Shown: in pieces, positions 9,124-19,923 of the stretch | Layout: each line of letters starts with the position of its first letter | Position numbering within the stretch: the first letter of the stretch is position 1 | Notes under the pieces: model-generated | What the model was told of the DNA's origin: nothing | Seen by the model: the letters and a program-made list of their open reading frames with translations, nothing else | The model's database searches: none | NCBI GenBank assembly: GCA_963714085.1 | Contig: OY970229.1 | Location: forward strand, 1,472,001 to 1,536,000 | Direction: 5' to 3' | From: an uncultured Candidatus Micrarchaeota archaeon | GTDB taxonomy: Archaea > Micrarchaeota > Micrarchaeia > Anstonellales > Bilamarchaeaceae | Length of the DNA: 64,000 nucleotides | Program-made: the position numbers and the translations under genes

Positions 9124-9831
9124 ATGGTCATGACTCTCATCGACGCGCATTGCCATCTGGGCAACCTGCCCAAGTACATAATCCCAGACGGCTTGCTCCC
9201 GGTGACGGTGGGATATTCCCATTCATCGAACCAGAAGGCGGTGGAAGCGGCGAAAATCCACGGCGTCCCTTTCGTCCTGGGAATCGCTCCGCAGACCGCG
9301 ATAAAGGAGGACCTTTCCAAGATGGGCGAGTGGGTGGACTTCATAAGGAAGAACCCTCCCAGCGCCATCGGCGAGGTCGGGCTGGATTACCACTGGGCGG
9401 AGAACGAGCAGGACACGAAGAAGGAGCAGATCGTCTTCCAGAGGATGATAGAGCTCGCGGAGGAGATGCGGCTCCCCCTCGTCATCCACGCGCGCGAGGC
9501 CACATCTGACGTGCTCGACTCCTTGCAGCTGCGGAATTTCCGCAACGGGTTCATGCTGCATTTCTTCTCCGGGAGCCTCCATGACGCGAAGCGCGCCGTG
9601 GAGATGGGCGGCTACGTCTCCATCCCGCCGGTGCGCTCCAAGGACCGGACCGCCGCGATAGGCGCGCTCGGGCTCGAGCATCTCCTGGTGGAGACCGACG
9701 CGCCCTATGTGGGGAGGACCCCGGACGCCGTGATGGACTCGGTCGCATACGTGGCTGAAGTGAAAGGTCTGTCGGTCGAAGAGGTCGGGAAGGCGACTGC
9801 GGAGAATGCGAAAAGATTCTTCAGGCTCTGA
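9124..9831 (+). CDS. TatD family DNase
   Basis: DAHCHL, AIGEVGLDY, IHAREA, HFFSGS, LVETDAPY. Confidence 0.93.
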   Translation: MVMTLIDAHCHLGNLPKYIIPDGLLPVTVGYSHSSNQKAVEAAKIHGVPFVLGIAPQTAIKEDLSKMGEWVDFIRKNPPSAIGEVGLDYHWAENEQDTKKEQIVFQRMIELAEEMRLPLVIHAREATSDVLDSLQLRNFRNGFMLHFFSGSLHDAKRAVEMGGYVSIPPVRSKDRTAAIGALGLEHLLVETDAPYVGRTPDAVMDSVAYVAEVKGLSVEEVGKATAENAKRFFRL

Positions 9832-9891
9832 ATCCCCCTGGTTCAAAGTATTTATTAATGGAAAACGTCATATCCATTCGAGGAGAATCGG

Positions 9892-11481
9892 ATGTCGAAC
9901 GCACCACCGGCCCTGAAACCGCAGGAAACCGATAGGGTCTACTTTGAGAAGGTGAGGATACAGGTCGCCCCCGGGCTTCCCGACCCCGTGGTACGCGAAC
10001 TCGTCAGGGTCGGCAATCCGGATAAGATAAAGGAGGTAAGGTCTGCCCTTTCCAGGCTCGATGGCGAAGCCGCGCATGGGGCCTACTCGGCGCTCTATGA
10101 CGAAAAGGTCGCAAAAGCGTTCGTACAGGACCCGAGCGGAGTGCTGAGGGCGTTTGCGGAAATCACAAAGTCAATGGAATTGTACCGACGTCCTGGTACG
10201 GAACACGGCCCGCTTTGGGTCCTGAAGGGGAACGTCCCGCTGATCACAGGGAGGTTCTATGACAGATACGGGGAAGCGAAAGCGCTTTTGGACTCTTTGG
10301 GACTGCTAAAGGACAAGAATGTCATAGCGTTCAAGACCGAGCCCGAGCTGCTGCTCGGCTGTGCGTATGCGATAAGCGTTATCGGCGAGAGAAAAACAAG
10401 GGAACTGCATGAAAAATTCGGGATCGACTATTTCGCCAGGTACACGAAAGAGCAGTTGGAGGACCTTTGTGCGCATGCGGATGATAGGAAGCAGTCGTCC
10501 AAGCCGGTCCTGCTCGCGGTCTTCAACAAGGCGGACTCGAACGGCTTCTTTTATGCGGAATCCCGGAAGCTGGAGCAATTGATGAAAGGGTATACGGTGA
10601 TCATAACCGAAACCGATTCGGAAGACGGCTTTTACGGCGCGGTTTCGGACGTGTCGAAAAAATACGGGAAGATAGACACCCTGGCCATAGGCGGGCACGG
10701 CGATCCCGATGGGATACTCCTCGGATACCCGAAGGGGAAGTCAAACGACAAGTCGAACGAGAAGGGGCATCTTGACCTCAGTGATGAAGATGAGATGAGA
10801 AGGATAGCCGATTGTTTTGTCAAGAGGCCGTCTGTCATCCTCATCTCATGCTCGACAGGGAAGGGTGAGCATCCTATAGGCGCCCTTATCTCGAGGGCCT
10901 GGGGTGCGCATCTATCCGCGCCAGAGGAGGACCTGGGCGCCGCCGTATACCTTACTGACAAATCTGGAAAACTGGTATCCGTCACGTATTCGACATCCGT
11001 GTGGGCCAAATCCTCCGCGGATTCCGACATAAGGACCTCGGATTTCGACGCAGGCCGGTTGACTTCGAGGGCCGGGGGTGAAGCCGCTCTGGGGCGCTTG
11101 GACCAGGGGCTGGTCGATGAAGGTACTGACATCTACGGTTTCATAGGCGCCAATATGGACCGGATGGTCAAGTCGAAAATCACACCAGAGAGATTCGAAC
11201 TCATATCAGCGGTCTATAAATCCAAGCTGAAAGAACTCGATGAAGAGATAAACCGGGTCCAGACGAGGATGAAGGGAGACGAGGAATCCGAAGACTTCAA
11301 TGTCCAGGTTTATAAAAAAGCATTGGCCAGGATGCAAAAAACCGCATCGACCATCCGGAGTCAGCTGGAATCGCTTGAAGCTTCGGTCGAGACGGGTCCT
11401 GACAGACTGAAAGAGCTGCGGGAAAAAGAGAAGACGGATTTCGAGATCCTGATGAAGCATACGCGCCTTTCGAAACGATGA
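9892..11481 (+). CDS. Hypothetical protein with putative His-Cys dyad (clan CD/DUF4347-like) domain and C-terminal coiled coil
   Basis: IDTLAIGGHG and VILISCSTG motifs. Confidence 0.55.
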   Translation: MSNAPPALKPQETDRVYFEKVRIQVAPGLPDPVVRELVRVGNPDKIKEVRSALSRLDGEAAHGAYSALYDEKVAKAFVQDPSGVLRAFAEITKSMELYRRPGTEHGPLWVLKGNVPLITGRFYDRYGEAKALLDSLGLLKDKNVIAFKTEPELLLGCAYAISVIGERKTRELHEKFGIDYFARYTKEQLEDLCAHADDRKQSSKPVLLAVFNKADSNGFFYAESRKLEQLMKGYTVIITETDSEDGFYGAVSDVSKKYGKIDTLAIGGHGDPDGILLGYPKGKSNDKSNEKGHLDLSDEDEMRRIADCFVKRPSVILISCSTGKGEHPIGALISRAWGAHLSAPEEDLGAAVYLTDKSGKLVSVTYSTSVWAKSSADSDIRTSDFDAGRLTSRAGGEAALGRLDQGLVDEGTDIYGFIGANMDRMVKSKITPERFELISAVYKSKLKELDEEINRVQTRMKGDEESEDFNVQVYKKALARMQKTASTIRSQLESLEASVETGPDRLKELREKEKTDFEILMKHTRLSKR

Positions 11482-11552
11482 GGGCTCGGCCGGGCGCATC
11501 GCCGAGATTAAAAAGCTTGGCAACGCTATAATACCAGATGATCGGTGCTCAT

Positions 11553-12032
11553 ATGTTCGACTTCCTCAAGAAAAACCCGAAGAAGAAGGAGAAACCAGAC
11601 ATAGCGCTGCTCGTGGACGGGCCCAACACCATACGCAAGTCTATGAAGGTCGACCTGGTGAAGGTGAAGCGCGAGGTCCAGAAGTACGGCAACATCCGCG
11701 TCGCGAAGGTCTACCTGGACCAGTACGCCTCGGACAAGCTCATCGAGGCCATGGTGAACCAGGGCTTCCAGACCGAGATAACGACCGGCGACGTGGACGT
11801 GACGATGGCCATCGAGGCGATGGAGTACGTCATGAGCCAGGACATAGACGTCATCGCGCTCATGACCAGGGACACGGACTACCGGCCGGTGCTTGTGAAA
11901 GCCAGGGCGAGGGGCAAGCGCACGATGATAGTCGCGAACGATGTCGGGTTCTCGGCCGCCCTGCGCAACACTGCGGACATAGTCATCATCTTCAATGAGA
12001 AGGAGGAAGCGAGCCACATACTCAATCATTAA
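11553..12032 (+). CDS. NYN (PIN-like) domain protein, TIGR00288-like
   Basis: LLVDGPN, GDVDVTMAIEAM, TRDTDYRP, ALRNTAD. Confidence 0.88.
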   Translation: MFDFLKKNPKKKEKPDIALLVDGPNTIRKSMKVDLVKVKREVQKYGNIRVAKVYLDQYASDKLIEAMVNQGFQTEITTGDVDVTMAIEAMEYVMSQDIDVIALMTRDTDYRPVLVKARARGKRTMIVANDVGFSAALRNTADIVIIFNEKEEASHILNH

Positions 12033-12094
12033 AAAGGTATTGTACAAGATTGTAGTCTGCAAATCTTGAACATATTTATCTACGAGGTATATTC

Positions 12095-12208
12095 ATGGGT
12101 GCGAAACCGAGAAAGTGGAAAAAGAAGAACAGGATGCGCTGGAAGTGGGTGAAGAAAAGGCGCAAGCGCATCAAGAGGAGGCAGAAGAGGCGCGTAGGAG
12201 AGCTGTAA
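12095..12208 (+). CDS. rpl41e: Ribosomal protein L41e-like (37 aa; absent from the ORF track)
   Basis: [37 protein letters not shown], preceded by GAGGT. Confidence 0.88.
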   Translation: MGAKPRKWKKKNRMRWKWVKKRRKRIKRRQKRRVGEL

Positions 12209-12233
12209 ATCTTTTTTCCTCTTTTAAATTTTC
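12209..12233. terminator. Oligo-T tract between convergent genes
   Basis: ctttttt cctctttt aaattttc after the L41e stop. Confidence 0.45.
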
Positions 12234-13463
12234 TTATTCTGGATTTTCCGTTCCCTTATTATCATTGTCCGTTCCGGGGTCGTCCTGGTCTCCGGGTATC
12301 GCACCCGGGTCTTCAGAATCATAATCATCAGGCCCTTTAGCCGTCTCCGCGTTCCTCGTCCCCACATCCTTCTTCCACTTCGCAGCGACCTGCGTCATCG
12401 CTTCCCTGACCCCCGGGTCCGATGCGTGAGCTGCGACCTGCTCTGCGACGCGGACCTGGTCCTCGGAGGCGAACGCGCCCTCGAGCGCGCCCGTGAATTG
12501 GGACCTCGTGGCGGGTGACAGTTCCGAGAGGAATCTCTCCACCCGCGGCCCGTCGAAACCATCTGAGAAGAACGTGTCCTTCACGCAGCCATTCAGCACG
12601 ACCAGCCGCTCGGGCTCCGGCAGCTGCCTGAGGGCGGATTCCGCGGAGCGCGGGTTCCTAAGCAGCGAGCCAGCGAGCGCATCCACGATCTCATACGCTG
12701 TTTTACGGGCGTACGCGCTCCTGGTCATGCACGCGAGGCCCGGCACCTTGTCCCAGTCGCCTGAGGCCGTGTCGTCGATCATGCCCGGGGTTACCGCATT
12801 GGCCAGGTCGACCACGTTGCCCATGTTGAAATAATCGGGATAGAGGTTGGCGAAATCCCGCAGCGTCTCGTCGCTGACATTCCACCCCGGATTCACGGAG
12901 ACCATGTGCCTGAAGAGCGGGATTATGGTCTCGGGGTTGTTCCGTTCCCCGAGCTGTTCGATGGCACTGTCCAGGTCGGTCTTGTCGTATATCCTCATTA
13001 TGTGCTCCGTGCTCGCCACGATGCCATCGCTCAGCTTTTTCACCTGGGACTCGGCGCTTTCGAACATGTACGTTATGCCGGATGCCGCTCCAGGCTGGTC
13101 GCCGGCTTTCGGCGCTTCCTGATCAGAAGGCGGGCTTCTTTCAACAGTTTTCCGGAATTCGGATTGGCAGTCCAGGCTTCCCGGGGGGAATCTCCTTTTG
13201 AGCTCCTTTAGGACCTCTTCGGCCATGTGCTCGGCCGGGGTTTTCTCGGGAACCCGGGCAACGGGCGCAAGGGCGGGCGGCCTCTCCGCCTTTTCCGGGG
13301 CCTGCTCCGCCTCCTCCACGTCCTGGCTTTGTTTATGGCGGTCCGGTCCGGGCTTGAATCTGCAGGTCAGGTAGCCCATAGTGGCTGCCATAAGCGCGAA
13401 GCCTACCACTGCGCGCTTGAAGAATGGCGAGTATTTCGGCTTGTCGGTCCTGAGCCTGTTCAT
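12234..13463 (-). CDS. Hypothetical membrane-anchored protein
   Basis: N-terminal basic plus hydrophobic segment; long ORF. Confidence 0.6.
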   Translation of the reverse strand: MNRLRTDKPKYSPFFKRAVVGFALMAATMGYLTCRFKPGPDRHKQSQDVEEAEQAPEKAERPPALAPVARVPEKTPAEHMAEEVLKELKRRFPPGSLDCQSEFRKTVERSPPSDQEAPKAGDQPGAASGITYMFESAESQVKKLSDGIVASTEHIMRIYDKTDLDSAIEQLGERNNPETIIPLFRHMVSVNPGWNVSDETLRDFANLYPDYFNMGNVVDLANAVTPGMIDDTASGDWDKVPGLACMTRSAYARKTAYEIVDALAGSLLRNPRSAESALRQLPEPERLVVLNGCVKDTFFSDGFDGPRVERFLSELSPATRSQFTGALEGAFASEDQVRVAEQVAAHASDPGVREAMTQVAAKWKKDVGTRNAETAKGPDDYDSEDPGAIPGDQDDPGTDNDNKGTENPE

Positions 13464-13531
13464 GTGAATATGATATTGCCAGGGACGCCTTTTAAATGTT
13501 TGTTGAAGTGGAAAAAACAGGAGCTAAAGCG

Positions 13532-14134
13532 TCAGCCGACGGCTTTTTTGGGTGGCGGAGCGCTCGGCTGCCCGCTCGGCGGGTTCTTCATCGGGTTGGG
13601 TTTCTTATCCTCTTTTCCATAAGGGCCCAGCTGTTGCCTGCAGAAAGCCTTCAAGCCGGCCAGACTAACGGCATTCAACGCGCCACAGTTCGATACTTGA
13701 AGGGAGGTGGTCTCGAGTTTGCTTTGGATGCTCGGTAAGTCGACCTGGTTCGTGCCTTTATACGCCCGTTTGCATATCTCGTCGAAAGCCCAGTCGCGAA
13801 CATGTAATTCCGCGCTGTCCAGGTCCGCAAGCAGTTCAGGAAGAGTGCCTAATTTGTGCAGGTATTCCCGGCACGACAAACGCAGCCTACCCGCTTCCTC
13901 AAGCATATCCGGCGGGGCGCCTTCCCAATGCCTCTCAGAGGCGTTGAGTTTGCCCAACACCCGTATTATCTGATCCCTCTGGCCGGTATCGTGAAACACG
14001 CGGCACGCGTATCTCGCATCCTGGACCGCGGCGTGCGCGATCCTGAGGTTGTCGTTTGAAATCCGATCGCATATTCCCTCCACATCTAGGGGTTCAGGAG
14101 CTGTCTCTATCCTATTCCCTCCGTCTTCCGCCAT
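13532..14134 (-). CDS. Hypothetical helical (HEAT-like) protein
   Basis: 200-aa ORF, RBS-like GGTG upstream. Confidence 0.5.
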   Translation of the reverse strand: MAEDGGNRIETAPEPLDVEGICDRISNDNLRIAHAAVQDARYACRVFHDTGQRDQIIRVLGKLNASERHWEGAPPDMLEEAGRLRLSCREYLHKLGTLPELLADLDSAELHVRDWAFDEICKRAYKGTNQVDLPSIQSKLETTSLQVSNCGALNAVSLAGLKAFCRQQLGPYGKEDKKPNPMKNPPSGQPSAPPPKKAVG

Positions 14135-14195
14135 GCACCCACCGCTTATAATGTGTAAATACAGGTTTTAAAATTATTCAGCGGACGGACCGGAT

Positions 14196-15165
14196 TCACG
14201 GATTTTCCGGAATCTGCGGCCTCTCCACGGGCTCGCTGAAATACGCCATCCCAACCCTGATCATCAGGGTCGGCTTGTGCAGGGAGCCTTTGAGGAGCGA
14301 CCTCCATCCGACATTCATCCCGTTCGCGTTGACCACGAGCTCAGCCAGTATCCCCCTCCCGATTTCATCCCTTGCAAGTTCCACAAGCAGCTTCGTTCCG
14401 CCTCTGCTCGCGAGCGACCCTGATATCACGTCCCTCATCTTCTTGGATGTGAACAACCTTGTGAATATCCTGACCGTCCTCTCGCGATCCCCGGTTATGT
14501 AATCGAATACGGCCCGTCTCCCCTCCTTGTCATCGTCCAGCATCCTCTTGCATAAGTCCGCATTAACCCTGGTGGCGCAAAGCGAGAATGAAAACGTCTT
14601 CGTTCATGGAAGGGCTCCGGATCAATGACGCGAGCCGGCTAACCCAGTCCGCGGAATCCCTGTAGTTGGAAAGGTCGGAATGGGGCGCGGGCAGTTTCTC
14701 ATCCGTCATCGGATGCCTGTCGTGCATTCCTTTTATTATCCTGATGACGGGGAGCCAGCATGAGGGGCTTGTCACCATGGCATACCCTATGTCCCTGCCT
14801 TCCTTGGTCTCGCCTCTCCTCATCAGCAGCATCCTGCCCTCTTTCGTATCGCAGATGTCCAGGAAGCAATTGAGCCCATTCCCGCCCTTCAGGAAGTCCA
14901 TCATCCGTTCTACAGCGGTCGGGAGCTTCAGGACCTCCAGATAATGGTCGAGCAATTCCGGGTTTTTTACCAGATCGTCGATGTGTCTCTTCCCTTTCGG
15001 GGTCTCCATATACTGGGAAAGGGTCCCTCCGAAAAAGCTCTTCACCGCGGGGTCTTCGCCGAGGCCCAGCCCCCTCAAGCCTTCGGTCAGGGTCTGCATC
15101 TCGGAGATCTTCCTCTGCCTGGCCTGGCCTCTGTTGAACATCTCCCTGAAAAAAGATTTATGCAT
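14196..15165 (-). pseudogene. Two-repeat hypothetical gene apparently split by a frameshift near 14566-14606
   Basis: The downstream ORF frame is open upstream through the stop of 14563-15165; both halves share a similar helical pattern (K-G-R...G..LL..L.....GR.IL). Confidence 0.5.
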
Positions 15166-15289
15166 GAGTTACCTTTTGTAGCAACATTCTTTAAATACCC
15201 GTCTTCCTCTGTTCATCATTTCCTGACAACATTTATAAACACTTCCAATCATACACATAACAGCACTAAACTTAACAATTGTGATATCT

Positions 15290-17711
15290 ATGGAAAATCA
15301 GAGGCAGAGGACGCTTTTCAGGAGGGCATACGAAAAACTCACGGTGACGAACGCGAAAAAGGCGCTCGCTGCCGCAACTTTCGCCGCAGCGTTTGGCGGA
15401 TGCGGAAGGGACGCCCTTCTTACGCTTCAAAAATCCGGCGGATCAGAGCCTGGCCAGCAATCCGATGCTGGTTTCGTGGCGAAGGACGCACAGCCTCAGG
15501 TCAGTGTCGACGCCCAGCTTCCGCTCGATTCCACCATGCCTATCGCCGACGCGCAGCCGAAGCAGGATACGTCACCGGCTTTCGCCCGGGACACGGCCGT
15601 TGCCAAGGACACGGGCTCTGCTGCAGTTCCGGACGGCGGCATCGAGGTCCTGGGCCCGGACGCCATGCCGGATATTATCCCGACCCCTGGTCCTGACACC
15701 ATGCCGGCCTGTGTGCCGGGCACGCAACCGACGCAGCAGCCCGATAGCGGGGCTCTTGCTGACGGCGACCCGAAAGCTGCGCCGGTCTTGTTCGTATACT
15801 CCTTCAATACGCTCATCGGAGACAACATCGACCGCACGCTGCTCGACCGCGGCACGGGGCCCTCGACATACCCCATGGGCTCGGACACCGACGTGAACGC
15901 GAACCCGTTCACGGACGGCACCAGCGCGGGCAATCTCGGCCCTTCGGACACCGCATTGTTCAAGATCGACGCCACAATGTTCCCGCCGTTCGCGACTGCG
16001 GCTATAACGGACAATGATGCCGCCAAGTCCTATCAGGCGCAGCAAGCAGTGTGGATAAGCGGCAACACCCACTACTCGGACGCAGCGGCGGCCGTGGTCG
16101 GCACCCTTAACTCGGTTTCCTACACCGTGAAGCTCAGCGGCGCGAACGACGATTTCGGCATACCCGTGTGCACCACGCCGACGAACACCACGAACTACAT
16201 GGTCTGCGACCCGAGCTACCAGACCGCCACGCACAAGGTCACAATTCCGTTCCTCGGCGCCAACTGGGTCATCACTGAAATGACCCCGCCCAGCACGCCG
16301 CTTACCAGCGAAACCCTGCTCGCCAGCGGAGGCTCCGTGAAGCTCGCGCAGGAGGCGGCCGGAGGCACAATAAATGTCGTGGGTACGGGCCCGGGTCCGA
16401 CATACCTGACAGCCGGCAACCTCAGGTTCACGCTCGTGAGCGTCGACCCGTCCGGCGGGACAGCCGTACTCTCTGTTCTGGATACGGCGACCTGCAAAGA
16501 CCTGGGAAAGATTACGTTGCAGGCAGGCACGACCACATATTTCACGGATACGGACGATGGGGTAACGGATCCGCTCCACATCTGGAAAATCTCGCCTGGC
16601 TATACCCTCGGCGCGAGCTGGGCCGACATGTCGATATTCTGGAGAGAGATGACCCTCACATCCGGCCAGGCTCTCGACAATGACAACAGCACCAACCCCT
16701 ACTTGACGGTCTACCTCGGCTGGACGAACAAGGGCGCGTCTACAATCGACACGAACCCTGACCACCTGAGGATGATAGGCCTCTACGCCGCGAGCGGGGA
16801 CATATCGAAGCTCAGCAGCGGAGGGAGTTCGGACCTGAACACGGGCGACTACGTGCCCATACCGCAGAACCCGGTGAGCATGCAGCTGCAGTACAAGGGG
16901 CTCGCATCCACACCGGCCTCGCAGACTCCGCTGACGTTCACTCTGGAACGGGATTCGAACCTCAGCGTCTCGGTCCAGTCCGGCGCGAACAGCCAGACCT
17001 GCACCATATCCGCGCCGTACGTGCACGTCGCCTCTGGGGGATCAGGTTCTATTTTCACTGTCGACGGCATGCAGGGGGCGAACGGAACCGCGTCCGTCTC
17101 GGGCAACGAGTTCTACGTCGCGACGGGCGGCGCGTCCTGCAACGGCTCCACAGGGCAGCTGATGGCAGGGGCGCTTTTCATGCCCTCTTCCGGCTCCATG
17201 AGCTACCTGGACTACGCGTCATACGCGAAGTCGGGCCAAGTGATAGTGAATTATCCTCTCGCAGGGGCCACCCTCCCGGGCATGTCATCCGGGCCAGGGA
17301 CCATCTCATACCAGAACGTGGATGTGGGGAACATGCTGCCCGCGGGCGTAGACTTCGTCTTCTCCGTGGGCGAGGACGCGGGCGTTCTCGAAACCCGCGC
17401 CGATATTCTCACAGTTCGGCCTCAAGCTGAACGGGACGAGCTCGACCTTCAGCTTCGACCTGCAGACGTCCAACGGGGATTATTGGTTCAAGCAGGGCAC
17501 CATCATATCCTGCGGAGCCGGACCAGTCACGGTGCCGAACAGCGAAAGCTCGCCGTCCGGCTGCATGCTACCGTCCAGCGGGGACATGTTCAGGAAGCCG
17601 GGGTACATAAACGACCGCGGCTCCACGTTCCTCGATATAGGGGAAACGAAAGTCCTGCTCGCCACCGCGAGCCCGCTGACCTACGCGCAGTTCGTGCTGG
17701 CGAAGAAGTAG
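15290..17711 (+). CDS. Large S-layer-like surface lipoprotein with apparent +1 frameshift near 17380-17415
   Basis: Lipobox-like FGGC, T/S/G-rich beta composition, KVTIPFLGANWVIT..VKLAQE; S-layer-like composition continues in the +1 frame (FGLKLNGTSSTFSF...GYINDRGSTF...YAQFVLAKK*). Confidence 0.7.
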
Positions 17712-17714
17712 CTC

Positions 17715-17909
17715 TTATTTTTTCTTCATCAATTTCCGGTACTCTTCCATTCCCAGCTGTATCGGCGGCCCGGAATAGCCGCATTTGGAGCACTTTATCG
17801 TCGCACCTATGCTGTTCACGCGCCAGTCGCTCATCCCGCCCGTGGAGAAATACTCCTTGGCCTCCACGGGCTTGAGGCATTTCGGGCAGAAAGTCACATC
17901 CGGAGCCAT
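17715..17909 (-). CDS. Small zinc-ribbon protein
   Basis: FCPKC...KCSKCGYSG. Confidence 0.7.
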   Translation of the reverse strand: MAPDVTFCPKCLKPVEAKEYFSTGGMSDWRVNSIGATIKCSKCGYSGPPIQLGMEEYRKLMKKK

Positions 17910-18013
17910 GGCTACGACCTTCGGCGTTAGGTTTAAAAATGCTTCCCGGAAATAACAAGCCTTACCCAATTACCAATCCGGGGCATGACTCTGGTTTGGG
18001 AGGGCTTGATTAT

Positions 18014-18652
18014 ATGCCGATAGACAAGAAGAAGCTCAGCGACGCGCTAAAGAAGGCGCTCGAGGACAAGGGGAAGAAGAAATTCAACCAGAGCGTGGAG
18101 CTCATAATCAACGTGAGGGGCGTGGACTTCGCCAAGTCCGAGAACCGCCTCAACCTGGACATCCTGCTCCCCAAGGGCAAGGGAGGCAAGGAGCTGAAAG
18201 TCGCGGTCATAGCCGAAGAGGCGATCGCGAACGAGGCCAAGAAGGCGGGCGCGGACCTCATAATCCCGCCCGCGCAGCTTCCGGCCTGGTCCGCGAAGGA
18301 GAAGATGGTGGAGCTGGCGGACAACTACATGCTGCTCGCGCAGCCCAACCTGATGGGCCAGGTGGCCAAGTCCCTTGGTCAGTACCTGGGTCCGAGGGGT
18401 AAGCTCCCGAGGCCCCTGGTCGGCAACGTCGCGCCGCTGATAGCCAGCGCGAAGAAATCGATCAGGATCGTCTCCAGGGGCAAGTACCTGCCAGTGGCCC
18501 AGGCCTTCGTCGGCACTGAGTCCATGAGCGAGGAGGACCTGCTGGAGAACGTGGAGGCCGTGTACGATGCGGTCAAGAACAAGGTGTCCGAGCCGAGCAT
18601 AAAGTCCGCTTATGTCAAGCTGACGATGGGCAGGCCGGTGAAGGTGCTGTGA
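18014..18652 (+). CDS. rpl1: Ribosomal protein L1
   Basis: KKFNQSVELIIN, LGQYLGPRGKLP, VKLTMG. Confidence 0.96.
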   Translation: MPIDKKKLSDALKKALEDKGKKKFNQSVELIINVRGVDFAKSENRLNLDILLPKGKGGKELKVAVIAEEAIANEAKKAGADLIIPPAQLPAWSAKEKMVELADNYMLLAQPNLMGQVAKSLGQYLGPRGKLPRPLVGNVAPLIASAKKSIRIVSRGKYLPVAQAFVGTESMSEEDLLENVEAVYDAVKNKVSEPSIKSAYVKLTMGRPVKVL

Positions 18653-18662
18653 GGTGGCGTTC

Positions 18663-19532
18663 ATGAAGAAGGATTACAAGGTCGACCTGAAGAGGAAAGC
18701 GGTGAAGGAGAAGGTCCAGGACGTGGAGAGCGCCATAGCGGACATGAAGAAATATCCGACCACGGCGGTCATAGACCTGAGGAAGCTCCCCACCTCGCTG
18801 CTGCAGAACCTGAGGAAGAAGATCCGCGATGACGGGGGCAAGGTGCTCATACTCAAGAAGCCGGTGCTCGAGCGCGTGCTCAAGGCCAGCCCGAAGCTCT
18901 CCGACAAGGCCGCGGACTGCGACAAGCCGCTCGGCCTCATACTCACGTCATGGTCGCCGCTCGAGCTCTACCAGTTCTTCAAGCAGAACAAGAAGAGGAG
19001 GGCGGCCAAGGTGGGCGACGTCGCGCCGTTCGACATAATCGTGCCAGAAGGCGAGACCGACCTGCCGCCTGGTCCTGCGCTCTCGGAATTGAAGACCGCC
19101 GGGCTCAACGTCCAGATAAAGGGCGGGAAGATAATGATATCCAAGGACAGCACGGTGGCCAAGATGGGCGAGCCCATAACCGCGCCCAAGGTGTCCGCGT
19201 TGCAGAAACTCAATGTCAAGCCGTTCGAGATAAGCGTGAACTATGTATTCGGGTTCGACGGCAAGTACGTCTACGCGGCGGACCTCTTCGCCATAGACGA
19301 CACGATCGCGGCGGACCTCCGCCTGTGCATGTCCGACGCGTTCAACCTGTCGCTCAACGCGTCCTACCCGACAAGCCAGAACATAGACGCGCTGCTCACC
19401 TTCGCGATGAAGCAGTCGGCTAACCTGGCGATCAACGGCGGCATATACTCATCTGGCTCGATGGAGCAGCTTCTCGTCTCTGCCCTGCGGCAGGGTTCGG
19501 CTCTGGAAGGCCTTGAGACAAAGAAACAATGA
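18663..19532 (+). CDS. rpl10: Ribosomal protein L10 (P0)
   Basis: AAKVGDVAPFDIIVPEGETDLPPGP; located between L1 and L12. Confidence 0.93.
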   Translation: MKKDYKVDLKRKAVKEKVQDVESAIADMKKYPTTAVIDLRKLPTSLLQNLRKKIRDDGGKVLILKKPVLERVLKASPKLSDKAADCDKPLGLILTSWSPLELYQFFKQNKKRRAAKVGDVAPFDIIVPEGETDLPPGPALSELKTAGLNVQIKGGKIMISKDSTVAKMGEPITAPKVSALQKLNVKPFEISVNYVFGFDGKYVYAADLFAIDDTIAADLRLCMSDAFNLSLNASYPTSQNIDALLTFAMKQSANLAINGGIYSSGSMEQLLVSALRQGSALEGLETKKQ

Positions 19533-19541
19533 GGTGGAAAT

Positions 19542-19853
19542 ATGGCGAAAATAGATCCTTATCTGCATGCGGTACTTCTCCTCCATGGGGCGGGGAAGGA
19601 GGTCACTTCCGAGGGCATAGTCAGCGTACTCAAGGCCGGCGGAGTGTCCGCCGACGAGGCGAAGGCCAAGGTCCTCGCGGACGCGGTGAAGGGAGTGAAC
19701 TTCGAAGAGCTCCTGAAGCAGTCCATGATGGTGGCTGCCCCGGCGGCTGCGGCTCCGGCTGCGGCAGAGGGCAAGAAGGAGAAGAAGGAGGAAGAGAAGG
19801 AGGAGAAGAAGGAAGAGCAGGCCGCAGAGGGCCTCGCGAGCTTGTTCGGCTGA
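19542..19853 (+). CDS. rpl12: Ribosomal protein L12 (P1/P2)
   Basis: YLHAVLLLH, Ala hinge, acidic tail ending GLASLFG. Confidence 0.96.
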   Translation: MAKIDPYLHAVLLLHGAGKEVTSEGIVSVLKAGGVSADEAKAKVLADAVKGVNFEELLKQSMMVAAPAAAAPAAAEGKKEKKEEEKEEKKEEQAAEGLASLFG

Positions 19854-19923
19854 ATCCCCTTCCAATTTTTCTTTCTTTCAACAAAATAACGAAACATGGT
19901 TTTGGTTTTTAGAGGTGGAATGC

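Noticed and set aside
17370..17420. BHB intron explaining the S-layer frameshift
   Set aside because: A hairpin is present but I could not form a 3-4-3 bulge-helix-bulge
17412..17875. Arg-rich C-terminus of the 864-aa ORF
   Set aside because: It has shadow-frame composition and overlaps a convergent zinc-ribbon gene; the real C-terminus is probably in the +1 frame
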